DNA from: Piedraia hortae CBS 480.64
Lineage: Eukaryota
Assembly (NCBI GenBank): GCA_010093745.1
Contig: MU005962.1
Location: forward strand, 420,455-440,454
DNA: 20,000 nucleotides
Direction of reading: 5' to 3'
The notes beneath the pieces are model-generated. The model ran no database searches and was not told the origin of the DNA. It saw only the letters and a list, made by a program, of their open reading frames with translations. Made by a program: the position numbers and the translations under genes. Positions 1-9,750 of the stretch are shown in pieces; positions within the stretch are counted from its first letter, which is position 1, and every line of letters starts with the position of its first letter.

Positions 1-1934
1 AAGACTTTTGCTGGGAAACCATAACAGCCGATTCCATTGAAGGGGTCGCTGTGAACGATCACTAACAGGGTAAAGGATGATCATTTGGTAGCAGGCCTTT
101 CGTATATGACCAAAGAAAACTTGATATTGATCATATAGCCTAAGAAGATCGGGCAACCGAGTTTTTGGCCAACAACAGCCGTCAATTAGGGTTCAGTTTC
201 CATACCACTCGTTGGTTCTTGAATGTTGGCATGAAAAGCCCAGTCCTCGGTATTTCCTTCACATCAATACCCCATGGTCAGAAATCCACTGTACAATGTG
301 AAATGGTAAAAATGGCACATCCTGACGCATAAGTCCTGATGAGAAGCATTTTTGATATTTAAGATCTCATTTCCATTGCAAGCAGGCATCTCGCTCTAAA
401 TCCTGTTTCCGTGCAGCTTTGCAGCTGCATGAAGCACACTTGTGGGACGCAAAGCATGTCAAAGGCGCAGACAACATTTAAAGTAGGGTTTTGAAAGTCG
501 AAACCCAGTGTGGTATCGAACAGGGAAGTCGAAATTTGCGTGCACTATCAGATATGTCGTCCGAAACGAGAGACGGACGCACAGAGTTGCGAAAGCGTAA
601 TCGGTGATCCCTAGTACTGACGTGCAGATATGGACGAAACCTACATGGGCAACGACTAAGCCGTCATACATACCCATAAGTATGGTGGTTTACTGTATTG
701 CTACCGTCAAAATGGAAAGCTTGCCATTGATCAGCTAAACATGCCACGCCAGTCCCAGTGAGTTGGCTGGAAGATTACTGGGCAAAATCAGCAATGAATG
801 CCGCAGGGCAATTCAGGGAAGCAAGGCAGATTTACGAAAGGAAATGAGACTGAGATGAGAGTAGCGATGGCAGGTCCGGATTCACAGATGTACAGCCACA
901 TGCACGCTTGCACTGCGGGAGCGAACTAGAGTACAGTATTTTGCACGACGAGAGCAGAGTTTAGTCATTGTATGTAGTGTAGGGCTGGATGCACAAGATT
1001 TTATCCCTGCGACCTTATGTGACATGACTCATATCGGCTATGTAGAAACCATTTTGACCAATCCCGCACGACAGGGTTTTACGGTTGCAAGGACTACTGG
1101 TTTCGATGACTTTGGCCCGCGCATGACAAAAAAGCATTTTTAAAGCCATGGAGAAGCGCCACTGCACATTGTGAACAGATGAGTGGCCTGCCCAGGAAGT
1201 TCATGTGGGGCAAAGGGCGATGACACTACTGTAGGGCAAAGCGATCGCCTATAAGGGCTGCCGCCGTTACAGGAGTCGGCAGCCACACTGGATCAGTAGC
1301 CAAATAGTAGCGGCGGGTCCTGGACTAGCAGCCGGATGACTTGCTGCGAGAAAAAGTATGTTTGATTTGTGCGTCGTGCAGCATAAATGATTTGGAGAGG
1401 CCGTGCCAAAGGTTTGGAACGTTCAAGGCTGCATCGCACATAGGTTTATCCATGTGGAATCAGGGCAAGAAGCCAGAAGCCCGGTGATTGATGCACAGAG
1501 CCAATGTTACGAGCAATGGATGATTTGACGACAAAGAACCAGAGCCACAGGCACACAAGCGAGCGATCGAAGCCAAAGTTTCACAGCACCAAACTAACGC
1601 TCACAATGTCCGGTGGGTTTATGCAGTCAGTCTGGCCCCTACGTGTGGTTCGGACATGGCTTGATGGCTCGTGGACACTGTGGCGACGGCAACGTGCATG
1701 GCGTCGACGTGCAGCGGATCGAGCTCGTTGGCAATTTTTAGTTTTTGTGATTCGCTGAGGAGGAATCGGTTAGGAGGGAAGGCTGCTGGTTGGAAGTTCC
1801 CCGCGGGCCGACGGCGGATGCCTGACTGATGGCAACTGGATGCCTGACACATGCTGGAACGCTGGCCAAAACTGAAACATCATTCGGCATTGCCTGCCAA
1901 GTCCGCTAGGCCGAACCTCGTTGCCACCGCTTCC

Positions 1935-2139
1935 CCCCACAACCCCACACTTTATCCCCACTTTTTTCTCCGAACTCCACGATTCTTCTGTGGCCAAAAC
2001 AGCGGCAGCTAAGCCGGTGAAGCGTAAGAGCTCGCAGCGGGCGCGCTACTGAACGCTGCGCCGCACAATACGAACCGCTGGACGTAACTGACGTCATCTA
2101 GATCTGCCACGTGACGCCATCTGCCCAGCCCCACACTTT
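1935..2139 (+). promoter_or_regulatory. Putative cis-element cluster upstream of the amdX-like gene: four CCCCAC (SYGGRG, CreA/Mig1-type), a CRE TGACGTCA and an E-box CACGTGAC
   Basis: CCCCAC at 1935, 1943, 1956 and 2129; TGACGTCA at 2089-2096; CACGTGAC at 2108-2115; pyrimidine-rich tract around 1930-1990. Confidence 0.45.
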
Positions 2140-2166
2140 CGGCTCCAGGGGAAATTGATTGCCCAG

Positions 2167-2237
2167 CGATGCCAGGCTGCAGGGCACGCGCTCAGCAGCT
2201 TGATTCGCGTGCCCGGCTGTCAGCTGCTCTGGCATCG
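2167..2237 (+). other. GC-rich inverted repeat / hairpin in the putative 5' leader
   Basis: CGATGCCAG (2167-2175) pairs with CTGGCATCG (2229-2237); GGGCACGCG (2182-2190) pairs with CGCGTGCCC (2206-2214). Confidence 0.7.
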
Positions 2238-2494
2238 GAACACCAATAGCCAGGAGGGAGGAAAAAGAAACTCGATGACATTTCATCGTACCCACGAGTG
2301 ACTGCGTGGCGCCCGCCTCCCGCTGCACCCTGGACGCCACTCCAGCCGAGTTGGGAGCGACACCATAAACGTCGCCACCAGCCATCCAAGAGCTTTGCGA
2401 CCTTCATGTCTGTTCGCTGTTGCGGAAAACTCCCCTCCAGCCCACCCTTGCCGCGTCTGCTCCCCGTCGCCGGCGTGAACGACTGTACCAGAGC

Positions 2495-5400
2495 ATGCGA
2501 TCAGACATTGATGTGAAGGACGACTTGGATGCAGACTTGCCCGACGAGAAGAACACGGCAGCTCCGCCCGCGGCCAAGGACAAGACGGACAAGCCGCGTC
2601 CCCATGTATGCGTCACCTGCAATCGCTCCTTTGCACGCCTCGAACACCTGAAACGCCATGAGCGCTCGCACACCAAAGAGAAGCCGTTTGAATGCCCGGA
2701 ATGCTCACGCTGCTTTGCCCGCCGCGACCTGCTGCTGCGGCATCAGCAGAAGCTGCATTTTACCACTGCCACAGCCTCTAGCCGGCCGCGCAGTGCCCGA
2801 AGGGACAGCATGGGCGGAGCGGCGGGCGGGAGCGGAACAAAAGTGCGCAAGAATGCCGGTGGTGTGACCGGGGGCTGGGGACACAGGCCAAGAGCCAAGA
2901 CGCTGAGCCATTTTGACCCGGCCTGTCTGGCGCAGCTGGAAGAGGCCACGAGTGCCAACGTGTACTCGACTGGACTGGCGGGAAACGGGAGTGGGAACGC
3001 AACACCCCGCGGCCCCTCCTTGGCCCGCCATCCTCCGCACGGCCTGCCAAAGCTGGATTTGTCTGGGATGGGGATGCACAACTTCAGCAGCGACCTGCGT
3101 ACCGCTCCGCCATTTCCCGGGTTTGGCCACGAATATGGCTTCCGTGACAATCCCTTCTTTGGCCCCGTCTCCACCATCAATCCTGCAGCGCTGCACATGA
3201 ATGCCGGCCATGATGTGCAGAACATCTCCCAACTAGATTACTCGGCTATCCCAGAGCACGATGACCTAGTATACACCCACAACTGGGCCATGCCGATGGT
3301 ACACGACAGCTTAGAGAAAGCCATTGAGTCCTCGCCGTCTCGCCTGAGCAGCGGAGATAGTCCTGATACCGGAGACGGTCTGGGCTCCTCTCATCCCGTA
3401 CGGCAATCTGAGGCAGCTTCGTGGCTACCTCCAGGCATTGATTCGGCAGACCTTTCTCATCCTTTCTCGCCCCAGTATGCCTTCCAACTCAGCGCACTGG
3501 GTGCTGGCCTGCCCCGGATAGACGCTTCTCTTGGCACGCTGTCTCCAAGCCACCTTCGCGATGCTTCCACTTCCTACTTCGCATCAGAGACGGGCTACAC
3601 GGCGAGCGAATGCCTTGGCCGCTTTGGGCAGGCAAACATGAGTTCCGACTGCCCCAGCCTCTCCCCTTCCATGACCGATAGTGTTGCCCAGAGCTCGACA
3701 GCTTCTTTATCCACAGATTACGCGCACGATCTCACCCAACAAGCGCTGCTGGCCCGCATCACGCAGGCTCAGAGCTTAGCTTGGACCTATGGTAACCAAT
3801 ACATGCCGCCATCCGCTTCTCACGGAGTTTCCCGCTCGTGTACAACAATGAACCTTCCCAGCGCTGCTGACCTGCGCCGATTCGGTGATGCTTTTGTGCG
3901 TCATGCCCTTCCTCACTTACCCGTAATTCACGTTCCCACACTTCATTTTGATGGCTCAGACCAGCTAGCCGGCAGCATGAACCATCTATCCCCGAAAGCC
4001 AATAGCGCTGCCGGAGGGGGCGGCCTCATACTTTTCATGGCCGCTATAGGTGCCTTGTTCGAGTTGGACAGAGCTACTTCAAAGAGACTGTTCGATGCCG
4101 GACGCAAGGCCACCACTCTTTTCCTAGATGAACAGCGAAAATCGCAAGCTCACGGGGACAGCATGCAAGAGGCTCCACCGCCACTATGGCTAGTACAAGC
4201 GCAACTTCTAAGTGTGATTTATGGTTTCCAGTGTGGAGACTCGCTGTCTGTCAACATCGCGAACAATCAATGTGCGTCTCTAGTCAGTCTAGCCCGCGCA
4301 GCTGGCTTGACAAAGCAGCCTTCAGAAGAATCGATCCAACCGTCTGGAGATATGGAAATGCTGGAGGCTGATGCAGCCGCTGATGATTCGTTATCGCCTG
4401 GTAATGACCACCTTCGCAAAAAGTGGCTTCAGTGGAAGTTGGCTGAGGAGCGCAAGCGTACCTTCTTTGCCATATTCGTCATATCCAGTCTGAGGACGGC
4501 AGCACATAATCACGCACCTCTCATTGTGATCTCAGAGGTCAATCTGGACCTCCCTTGTGAAGAGAGCCTATGGATGGCTGAATCAGCCGAAGAGTGGAAA
4601 GCTCGGGGTGGATTGACTTCGGGTTCTCACCGTCTCTCCTTTGCCAATGCACTTAGCCAGCTGCTAAAAGCCGCAAACAATCTTCCTGGCGTACACAACG
4701 CTAAAGCTACGGTAGCATCTTCGGACTCCTCCTTGATCGGACCGAAGCCAGGCGCATTTGGATATTTTCTCTTAATAAATGCTTTACATACTCTCATGTG
4801 GGAGGCACAGCACTCTTGTGGTAGCCGAGCATCGCCACACTCTGAGGCGACTTTGACCCAAATTGAACCCGCGCTGAATGCTTGGCATGCAATGTGGAAA
4901 GCTGATGGTTATTGTGAGCTGACACACCCAGGCGAACAAAGTCCAATGCCTCTGGCAACAGACTGTATCCCATTACTGGATTTGGCCCGAGTACACTTAC
5001 ACTCTTATCTTGCACAACGCGCCAATGACGAGGGGGCCGCTCTTAGTGACATGACAAACCCTGCAGGCGTTGCTGAACACAAGGACAATTCAGACCGCCG
5101 CTCATCACTTGTTAGCCCAATATCCAGTCGTCGAGAACGCCATCTGCGCAGGGCAGCTTGGCATGCGGCTGATTCACTTTCTGTGGCTTGTAAGCATAAG
5201 CTTACCTACTCGGATCCTTCTTCAAACATTCTACCTATTCAATCAGCAGTGTGCTTCTTCCATTGTGCACGAGTATTGGCCGAGTGGGCCGGTACTGTCC
5301 AGGAACGATTCGGCCCGTACCTTGGAGTACTTGGTCGGGACCATGTCGAATATGCAAAGGTACCGGCGATGCTTCTGCTGGAAAGCGAGGACGTTGAGTT

Positions 5401-5701
5401 ACTTCATAAATTAGACGCAATTTGTGCCACATTGGAAAAACGCTGGGCATATGAAAATACGATGCAAGCCGATGCATCACCAGTTGAAGCGACAGCCTTG
5501 GCCAACTGTGGTTATGGTAGCAAGATCCTGCGAGCAGTTGGAATCATGCTGGGCAAAGGCTTAGCGTGGCCAGGTGAGAGGGCCTTGCGCTTACAAAATT
5601 TCACTGCTGACGAGTGTACAGTCACCCAAATCATGGCCAAACGACTGGAAAAGCTCGCGAGACACTTCGACCAATGCGCCGAGGCTTCCTGTACCACGTA
5701 A
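2495..5701 (+). CDS. amdX: AmdX/Adr1/Mxr1-family C2H2 zinc-finger transcription factor with fungal TF middle domain; join(2495..5573,5622..5701), ~1052 aa
   Basis: Two fingers, [50 protein letters not shown], match the Adr1/AmdX type. Fungal_trans-like motifs [20 protein letters not shown] and [10 protein letters not shown] are present. The first in-frame ATG is 2495 (the ORF track's 2420 start is TTG). Intron 5574..5621 (GTGAGA..GCTGAC..ACAG) restores 'WPVTQIM'. Ortholog name is from recall of the finger sequence. Confidence 0.88.
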   Translation: MRSDIDVKDDLDADLPDEKNTAAPPAAKDKTDKPRPHVCVTCNRSFARLEHLKRHERSHTKEKPFECPECSRCFARRDLLLRHQQKLHFTTATASSRPRSARRDSMGGAAGGSGTKVRKNAGGVTGGWGHRPRAKTLSHFDPACLAQLEEATSANVYSTGLAGNGSGNATPRGPSLARHPPHGLPKLDLSGMGMHNFSSDLRTAPPFPGFGHEYGFRDNPFFGPVSTINPAALHMNAGHDVQNISQLDYSAIPEHDDLVYTHNWAMPMVHDSLEKAIESSPSRLSSGDSPDTGDGLGSSHPVRQSEAASWLPPGIDSADLSHPFSPQYAFQLSALGAGLPRIDASLGTLSPSHLRDASTSYFASETGYTASECLGRFGQANMSSDCPSLSPSMTDSVAQSSTASLSTDYAHDLTQQALLARITQAQSLAWTYGNQYMPPSASHGVSRSCTTMNLPSAADLRRFGDAFVRHALPHLPVIHVPTLHFDGSDQLAGSMNHLSPKANSAAGGGGLILFMAAIGALFELDRATSKRLFDAGRKATTLFLDEQRKSQAHGDSMQEAPPPLWLVQAQLLSVIYGFQCGDSLSVNIANNQCASLVSLARAAGLTKQPSEESIQPSGDMEMLEADAAADDSLSPGNDHLRKKWLQWKLAEERKRTFFAIFVISSLRTAAHNHAPLIVISEVNLDLPCEESLWMAESAEEWKARGGLTSGSHRLSFANALSQLLKAANNLPGVHNAKATVASSDSSLIGPKPGAFGYFLLINALHTLMWEAQHSCGSRASPHSEATLTQIEPALNAWHAMWKADGYCELTHPGEQSPMPLATDCIPLLDLARVHLHSYLAQRANDEGAALSDMTNPAGVAEHKDNSDRRSSLVSPISSRRERHLRRAAWHAADSLSVACKHKLTYSDPSSNILPIQSAVCFFHCARVLAEWAGTVQERFGPYLGVLGRDHVEYAKVPAMLLLESEDVELLHKLDAICATLEKRWAYENTMQADASPVEATALANCGYGSKILRAVGIMLGKGLAWPGERALRLQNFTADECTVTQIMAKRLEKLARHFDQCAEASCTT
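5574..5621 (+). other. 48-nt spliceosomal intron (3n, no in-frame stop)
   Basis: Donor GTGAGA, branch GCTGAC at 5606-5611, acceptor CAG ending 5621; the spliced product aligns with the paralog's WGITKLM. Confidence 0.8.
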
Positions 5702-6050
5702 GAAATTCCCACCCACCATTGGACTGCCATTCAGCACCATGTACAAAATATATCTTGTTCAACTTTGGGTTGCATCACGTGTAATGAACACGCGACGTAG
5801 GAAAGAGGATTGCATAGCGTACATAAGTCCACGATAACCATGAAGTTTCCATCCTCTGGTTAAGATAACGCTAGTATTGGCACACTGCTGGATGAAGCTT
5901 GTCAAGGTGACAGCTGACGTATGCAGAATATATCACATGTGACACGCGTGCACATAGCGGCCACAACTTCTGACACCATGTCGACGGCGATCAGAACGTG
6001 CGAGGGGCTCATACCACAATGGGCCAGCACAAGAAAGCTGGACACTCCAA

Positions 6051-7145
6051 ATGTGTCGCTTCCTCATCTACTCTGGCCAAGCCCCTATTCTGCTGGCTGA
6101 CCTCATCACCAATCCTGCCCACAGCATTTTGACCCAAAGCTATGACTCGCGCCTGCGCCTTGACCATCGGAGGCCGCACAACGGCGATGGCTTTGGAGTA
6201 GGTTACTACACGACTGAAGAGGCGGCCAAAATCCACCTCGGGCCCGAACCATGCATCTTTACTTCAATTATTCCAGCCTGGAACTGCAGGAACCTGGATA
6301 GGCTGGCGAGCAAGACTGTCTCGCCGCTCATATTCGCCCATGTACGAGCCAGTACAGAAGGCGCGCTGAGCGATAGCAACTGCCACCCATTCAGTCGCGG
6401 AGCGCTAATGTGGATGCACAACGGCGGCATTGGAGGGTGGAAGCTCGGCATCAAGCGGCAACTGGTGTCTGACATTACAGACAAATGGTTTGAGAGCGTG
6501 AGTGGTAGTACTGACAGTGAATGGGCATTTGCCCTCTTTCTCGACACTCTCGAACGGAATGGAGTTGACCCGGACGATGAGACTAGGCAACTCCAAGGGT
6601 TTGGACACGCTGTTCTACGCAAGGCGATGCTCGGCATCATAGAGCGCATCAACGGGTTCCGTAAAGCTCTTCCAGACAAGGTCCGCCAAAACAATGATCT
6701 GAGGAGCCTGCTAAATTTTGCTGTGACGGATGGGCACAGCGTTGTGTGTACGCGCTATGTGAGCAGCAAAACGGATGAGGCGGCTTCGCTGTTCTTCAGT
6801 TCTGGCACAAGATGGCATGAGTTGTCATCCAGTGTGACGCCTGGTAAATTGCAAGTCAGGTCTGGAGAGTACAAGATGGAACGACGCGACAAAGGAGCCG
6901 ATATCGTGCTTGTTGCTTCGGAACCTTTGACATTTGAGCGCGATGACTGGGTGACGGTTCCAACCAACAGCGTATTGACGATTGATAACCAAACTGTGCT
7001 GGTACATCCTATCGTGGATGAGTTCTACAATCATGAACCCCAACTGACAAGAAGTAGGGCGTTTGCCACAACAAAAGGTCAATCTACTGGAGCAGGCATG
7101 GCGGGTGCTGCAGAACTGGCAGTCAGGTCTATCAAGTGTAATTAA
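6051..7145 (+). CDS. DUG3: Class II (Ntn) glutamine amidotransferase, Dug3 subunit of the fungal glutathione degradation complex, 364 aa, intronless
   Basis: N-terminal MCRFLIY (Cys2 nucleophile); motifs HSILTQSYDSRLRLD, NGDGFGVGYY, FAHVRAST, NCHPF, WMHNGGIG, GSTDSEWAFALFL, LNFAVTDG, VASEPLTFE. Confidence 0.93.
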   Translation: MCRFLIYSGQAPILLADLITNPAHSILTQSYDSRLRLDHRRPHNGDGFGVGYYTTEEAAKIHLGPEPCIFTSIIPAWNCRNLDRLASKTVSPLIFAHVRASTEGALSDSNCHPFSRGALMWMHNGGIGGWKLGIKRQLVSDITDKWFESVSGSTDSEWAFALFLDTLERNGVDPDDETRQLQGFGHAVLRKAMLGIIERINGFRKALPDKVRQNNDLRSLLNFAVTDGHSVVCTRYVSSKTDEAASLFFSSGTRWHELSSSVTPGKLQVRSGEYKMERRDKGADIVLVASEPLTFERDDWVTVPTNSVLTIDNQTVLVHPIVDEFYNHEPQLTRSRAFATTKGQSTGAGMAGAAELAVRSIKCN

Positions 7146-7936
7146 ACCTCGCCAATGTTCGGCTATACAACTAAAGTCTTCATCCTTCATCAGTGGCACA
7201 CGCCTAATCAGAAAGATCCTTCCATTCCTGTTGGCTACTCTGCGCGAAAGTTAGAGCACCTCCAACCCTGTTCGCTATATAGTTACCTCTCTCTCCCATA
7301 AGTTGCAAACCATTGCTTTCGTAGCGCGATGACGATACGTATACTCGTATGGACGCTTGGCTGGCTTGCAGACGTGAATTATTTCACTGGGCCCTTCAGA
7401 ATGCGTTCCCTCAGTTGGCCGCCGTGGCTGGTGAAGCGGAATCCGGTGGCCGCATCGGAGCATAAAGATTGTTCCAAGAAGTTAAAGGGGACGAACAGAT
7501 AGTGTGAGTAGTACTGAGACTTGATATGCATAGTTACCTATACTGCATACATGAGGGGATGTTTTTCATTGTCATCACGTGACACATCCTTCAACTCAAG
7601 AAAAAGCTGGGCATATCTCCGTTAAGGGCAGGATGTCTCGGGTACAGAATATTGTCAGGTCGACAGGGCGTAAGTGGGGGTTCGGTGGCATGACGTAATC
7701 GGGAGCGGGGCAAGTTCCTGCCGGACGGGTGGGGCACGTCCAACGGCATTTCCAATTGCATTGTCCACCTGCTCATCAAAGAAGTGTTTTTCTTGCACAT
7801 CGCTTTACACATCTCTCACACTTGAACATATCAGAAGCAAGTGACTATGGGCCGTAATATCTCTGCATGTCACTCGTGATGAAATGTCGGTCGAAGCCAC
7901 AAAAAGAAGCGCACCTCGAGCTATGCGGAAATTTTT

Positions 7937-8851
7937 ATGGTTGAGTTTCGCAGATGTAAGACCTATATCGAGGCTTGGATTGCACCGACCGAATATACAG
8001 ACGAGCAGAAGGCGGCGCTTTTGGTCCCGGGAGGCGGTGACAACGTAGAACAATGTGTGAGCTCATACGCCCGAATTAATGTCACGACAAACCAAGGCTT
8101 TGCGACTACCAGATCAAAATGGATCCGGACAAGGCATCGCTACCGGTGCTCTCCTTACTCGAGGAGGCAAGGGAGGCTGCCTAACGCCTCTCCGCCCATA
8201 TCAACCATCGCTCGCGTCAACTTGACCACAAGCCAAGGATTTGCGGCCGCGTGGCTCAAATGGTCAGAGAAGGCTGGCGCGTGGCCGGCGGGGTCAGACT
8301 TTGAGCAGGCTTTTGGCAAGTGGTGCTGTCGCGGGGGCTCGTGCAATGAGCCGTAGCCGTGGTGGTCCAAATGTATGAAAACTGCCGGCTGCACATTTAA
8401 GTCACCCAGCCGCGCCGCTCTGTCGTTGCATGAACTGTCATGCGCAACAGTGAAGGCCGAAAAGATGGCAGAGGCGGTGGCCAGCGGTCGTGGCTTGGGC
8501 TGCCAAATCGAGCGGTGCGGCTTCGCAGTCTCGCCCACTGCGAAGCAATCAGCCAAGCGTTTGCGGGATCATACCCGCAATGCCTACGAGTGGCAAGCGA
8601 AGACCTGTGACCTCGGGTGCGAGGATGGTGTCGTCTTTGACAGAAAAAGCAAATGGATACACCACGTTAAGCTGAAGCATCGGGCGGGGGCAGCCGAGTT
8701 GACTCGGTACTCCTTTGCAGAATGTCAGCACCCAACTGTTTTCGCCTCGCGGTCGGGGCTCAAGCATCACCTGAGAAAACAGCACCAGCGGAAGAAGGTG
8801 AACAGAACAACCTCCATCAAGCAGGTCTGTGAAGCGGGCTTACACAACTGA
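7937..8851 (+). pseudogene. Degraded multi-C2H2/C2HC zinc-finger ORF (~304 codons, one premature TAG at 8354-8356), possibly mobile-element derived
   Basis: ORFs 7937..8356 and 8375..8851 are in the same frame, separated only by one TAG. Finger-like units: CMKTAGC..H..C, CQIERC..H....(Y), CDLGC..HHVKLKH, (Y)SFAEC..HHLRKQH. Confidence 0.6.
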
Positions 8852-8926
8852 AATTGGTCCGCCTGGGCTTTTCATGGGCAATGGATGGGTCGCTATGTAC
8901 ATACTGTTCTTATCTAGATCGTATAG

Positions 8927-9180
8927 ATGTATAGCGTGCATAAGCAGGGGCACATCGACCTCAATGCTTACCTTCACCAAAGGAAAGTTCTGGGCATAGA
9001 CAGAAGATGCGGTTGCGGATACGAAAGACAAGATGCACGGCATGTACTCATGTGCGGAAATCAAATGGTCGGGAGAGCTGAAATGATCGCACACTTTGAT
9101 CAGATGACCGCCACGAAGAAGGACAAACTGCAGTAGCCAAGTGGACGATAGAGCGTGACATTCTGGCCCAATCCAGCCTA
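8927..9180 (+). mobile_element. 3' remnant of a non-LTR retrotransposon (Tad/I-like LINE ORF2 C-terminal CCHC region), frameshifted
   Basis: GHIDLNAYLHQRKV...CGCGYERQDARHVLMC resembles the LINE ORF2 'RTGH..LN.YL...C.CG...H.L..C' knuckle. After a frameshift near 9127 it continues AVAKWTIERDILAQSSL, like fungal LINE ORF2 termini. No RT domain is seen. Confidence 0.7.
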
Positions 9181-9520
9181 CACAGCACGCATTATGGAGC
9201 AAAAAAATCGCCCAGAGGCAGGAGAAGAAGACAAGAAGGTAGTAGGGAGGGTCGTGAAGAAATCGTGGGCGACGGATGGACCTTGGCACCACACAGCGGT
9301 ATGAGGAATTTTGTCCAGCGAGGTTTTACCCTCACCAACGACGAGATCTTCACTACAAGAACTTCCCGCGTGGAAGAAATTATCTATGATCTACTCACCC
9401 CATGAATGCTTCTAGTACATCAACCCAAATCATATGCTGAAACAATACTGCGAACACAAGGCAGAAATCCCATATTTCCTCCAGCACCCAGCAGCTTAGA
9501 CCGGAAACCGATGAAAAAAA

Positions 9521-9711
9521 GGGCTCGCGTCAGCTGGAGGTAGTGCGATACCAGCGACACTGTACTCCCGAACATGAGCAGGCTCAGCGGTCGCAGGAGC
9601 GAATTCCAAAAATGAGTATAATCAGAGAAGCCTCCGTAGAGGCGTTTTAGAGATTAAACTGAAAAGAACAGATACTACACTTGATCTAAGCCAAAAGGCA
9701 AAGAGATCTGA
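9521..9711 (-). ncRNA. U2: U2 spliceosomal snRNA (~190 nt)
   Basis: The minus strand reads ATCTCTTTGCCTTTTGGCTTAGATCAAGTGTAGTATCTGTTCTTTTCAGTTTAATC, the conserved U2 5' end. Branch-recognition GTAGTA is at 9678-9673; stem IIb GCCTC-TACG-GAGGC at 9643-9630; Sm site ATTTTTG at 9613-9607; stem III CTCC..TGAGCCTGCTCA..GGAG; stem-loop IV GCTGG-TATCGCACTACCT-CCAGC. A T7 run follows. Ends are approximate to +/-3 nt. Confidence 0.96.
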
Positions 9712-9740
9712 AAAAGAAAGCAATTTTGGGGGCGAAGAAA

Positions 9741-9750
9741 CTTCTATATA
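9741..9750 (-). promoter_or_regulatory. TATA box of the U2 gene
   Basis: Minus-strand TATATAGAAG about 30-39 nt upstream of the inferred U2 5' end. Confidence 0.65.

Noticed and set aside
1..720. Possible decayed coding sequence or TE, including ORF 459..677 (-)
   Set aside because: The frames I translated contain multiple stops and no recognisable motif; it needs a homology search
1816..1848. Direct repeat GGATGCCTGAC x2
   Set aside because: Only two copies; not an array and no element between them to make it a TSD
8904..8914. CTGTTCTTATC resembling part of U2
   Set aside because: Only 11 nt match, with no flanking U2 sequence; consistent with chance
9514..9520. T7 run after U2 as a Pol III terminator
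   Set aside because: The internal T5 (Sm site) and T4 runs would likely terminate Pol III, and U2 is a Pol II transcript
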